Shown here piece after piece: positions 51,114-52,424 of a stretch of 52,424 nt of DNA (the stretch's first letter is position 1; every line of letters starts with the position of its first letter). Position numbers and translations under genes: made by a program. Under the pieces are notes generated by a model. It made no database searches, was not told where the DNA came from, and was given only the letters and a program-made list of their open reading frames with translations. Origin of the DNA: a virus (Duplodnaviria > Caudoviricetes); IMG/VR virus record IMGVR_UViG_3300020045_011910, positions 1 through 52,424 of that record; one strand, written 5' to 3'.

Positions 51114-52424
51114 TTAGACCCTTGTACGCCCTGTTCCTGCGTACCGTGTAATATGTGGCATATGCCTTATAGTTGGTGCGGACTTTGGACGTTGTACGGA
51201 GCGCGACGAACTGTCAGTTTTCTTAAGCAGTACCGCTACTAAGTGCGCAAAAGCGTCCCCGAGATGGTCCCAATGAGACGTTTTATCCGGTTGTCCCTCG
51301 TTTCTAACTCTACCTTGACTGTCTGTCCTGTAATTCCAACCCCCGTCAAGTGCCCGAACCAGGAGCGCGGCGCCTGTTGGATTCACGCGAATCCACGTTA
51401 GACCCCCAGGTGTACGTGTCAGTCCGTCCCTAAGTGCCTCACGACGAGCAGGCCATGATACGGGTCCAGCGCGGTAGTTCCCTGGTCCAAGTATAGATAT
51501 AATCATACGTAATGCCGTCTCTTCCGAGTCCGACTGCTCACGTTCACGGGCTTCAGGACCACCGCAATATGACCACTGCTCCACAGACTGTTGTGCGAGC
51601 CATGGATGTACATCCAGAGTAAGTAGTTGTTTCATTCCGGCGTTTTGCCGTGTCCAGGCTTTATGTATGAGCAGATAGCCTTGCGGAGAAATTTGGGCGG
51701 CAATACAGGTCGCGTTTAGCCCAAAGTCAAAAGAGAGGAGCATTGGTACATGTGGGATAACCGCAAGTCCCGGCGTGAGATGCGCGGCGTTAAATTCAGG
51801 AGTAACTTTCTCACCTACCTGTGCGTACCCGAGGCGACCTTCCACTAATCGGGCATATAAGTCACCACGACCTGTGGCCAGGAGAATCTGCCGGTTGCGC
51901 TCCATATAACCAGGGGTTTCACGTTCTGCTGCACATTCGGTGGGAGGCACCATAAAAATATCAGCGTTTTCTCGTACAACACTGCGCTGATACCGCGCTT
52001 CTTCGGACATTTCCGCTTCAAGATCACCGGCGGCCTCGTACCCAGGAAGATGGAAGAGTTGTGCAGTCCAGTGGTCAGCAGAAGGCGGGTTCATCGTAAT
52101 TTGGATGGACGGATTTGGGCCACCTCGCACAGAGGTTTGGGCAGTGGCAAGGACAGATTCAGCAATACCGGATGCCACGAACTCTGTGTTGGTTGCTAAA
52201 GGGCACGGCTCTTCTAGCCAGATACCACCTGAAGCCTCGTAGGATTGAAAGCGGTCGTGGTCTCCAGGCGAGTTGACACCGAAAAAGTCAAAATGTACGA
52301 CAGCTCTTTCGTTAATCCATAACGTACACGATTCTGGTTCTTCTGGCTTTCCGCGCCACTTCGCAAATGGTTCTGGACACCACTTCCGTATAGAGCGGGG
52401 GTTGGAATTACAGGACAGACAGTC
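51114..52424 (-). CDS. terL: Terminase large subunit (5'-truncated)
   Basis: Frame is open to the window edge and includes Walker B GIWLEE; ITMNPP coupling motif; nuclease SFDFGLN and DHLGDAFAH. Confidence 0.88.
   Translation of the reverse strand, partial: DCLSCNSNPRSIRKWCPEPFAKWRGKPEEPESCTLWINERAVVHFDFFGVNSPGDHDRFQSYEASGGIWLEEPCPLATNTEFVASGIAESVLATAQTSVRGGPNPSIQITMNPPSADHWTAQLFHLPGYEAAGDLEAEMSEEARYQRSVVRENADIFMVPPTECAAERETPGYMERNRQILLATGRGDLYARLVEGRLGYAQVGEKVTPEFNAAHLTPGLAVIPHVPMLLSFDFGLNATCIAAQISPQGYLLIHKAWTRQNAGMKQLLTLDVHPWLAQQSVEQWSYCGGPEAREREQSDSEETALRMIISILGPGNYRAGPVSWPARREALRDGLTRTPGGLTWIRVNPTGAALLVRALDGGWNYRTDSQGRVRNEGQPDKTSHWDHLGDAFAHLVAVLLKKTDSSSRSVQRPKSAPTIRHMPHITRYAGTGRTRV
52396..52424. 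repeat. 29-nt exact inverted copy of 51317-51345 (probable chimeric contig end)
   Basis: CGGGGGTTGGAATTACAGGACAGACAGTC is the reverse complement of 51317-51345. Confidence 0.9.

Noticed and set aside
1-52424. Stop-codon reassignment, DGR, retron or integrase module
   Set aside because: Long genes are intact in code 11 and end in TAA, TAG and TGA; no reverse transcriptase or recombinase motifs were seen.
51317-52424. Genuine inverted terminal repeat or invertible segment
   Set aside because: One copy is inside terL coding sequence and the other is at the very edge; no invertase is present, so an artefact is more likely.

Overview
This window is a near-complete tailed-phage genome fragment with a podovirus-like gene set, in two convergent blocks. 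The + strand block (1-14.7 kb) covers replication and nucleotide metabolism: an intein-containing family A DNA polymerase, a DEDD-type exonuclease, ThyX, dCTP deaminase, a DUF5664-type diphosphohydrolase and class II ribonucleotide reductase. The - strand block (14.8-52.4 kb) covers morphogenesis: a truncated large terminase, portal, scaffold, major capsid protein, adaptors, nozzle, fibres and ejection proteins with an SLT domain. The standout is 3.23-8.3 kb, where one promoter precedes an array of structured RNAs, then a TROVE/Ro60-like protein and a second vWA protein. Four of these RNAs share a covarying terminal 'handle' stem, and each carries a different tRNA-derived cargo (three circularly permuted, one in normal order). 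This looks like a phage-encoded Ro60/Y-RNA system with a diversified tRNA-mimic array. Other signals are three c4-like antisense leaders before counter-oriented KilA-N/HNH genes, an RF2-like +1 frameshift site (or 1-nt error) at the capsid gene end, two pseudogene remnants, and a chimeric 29-nt window end. All calls come from motif recognition and hand folding; no searches were run.
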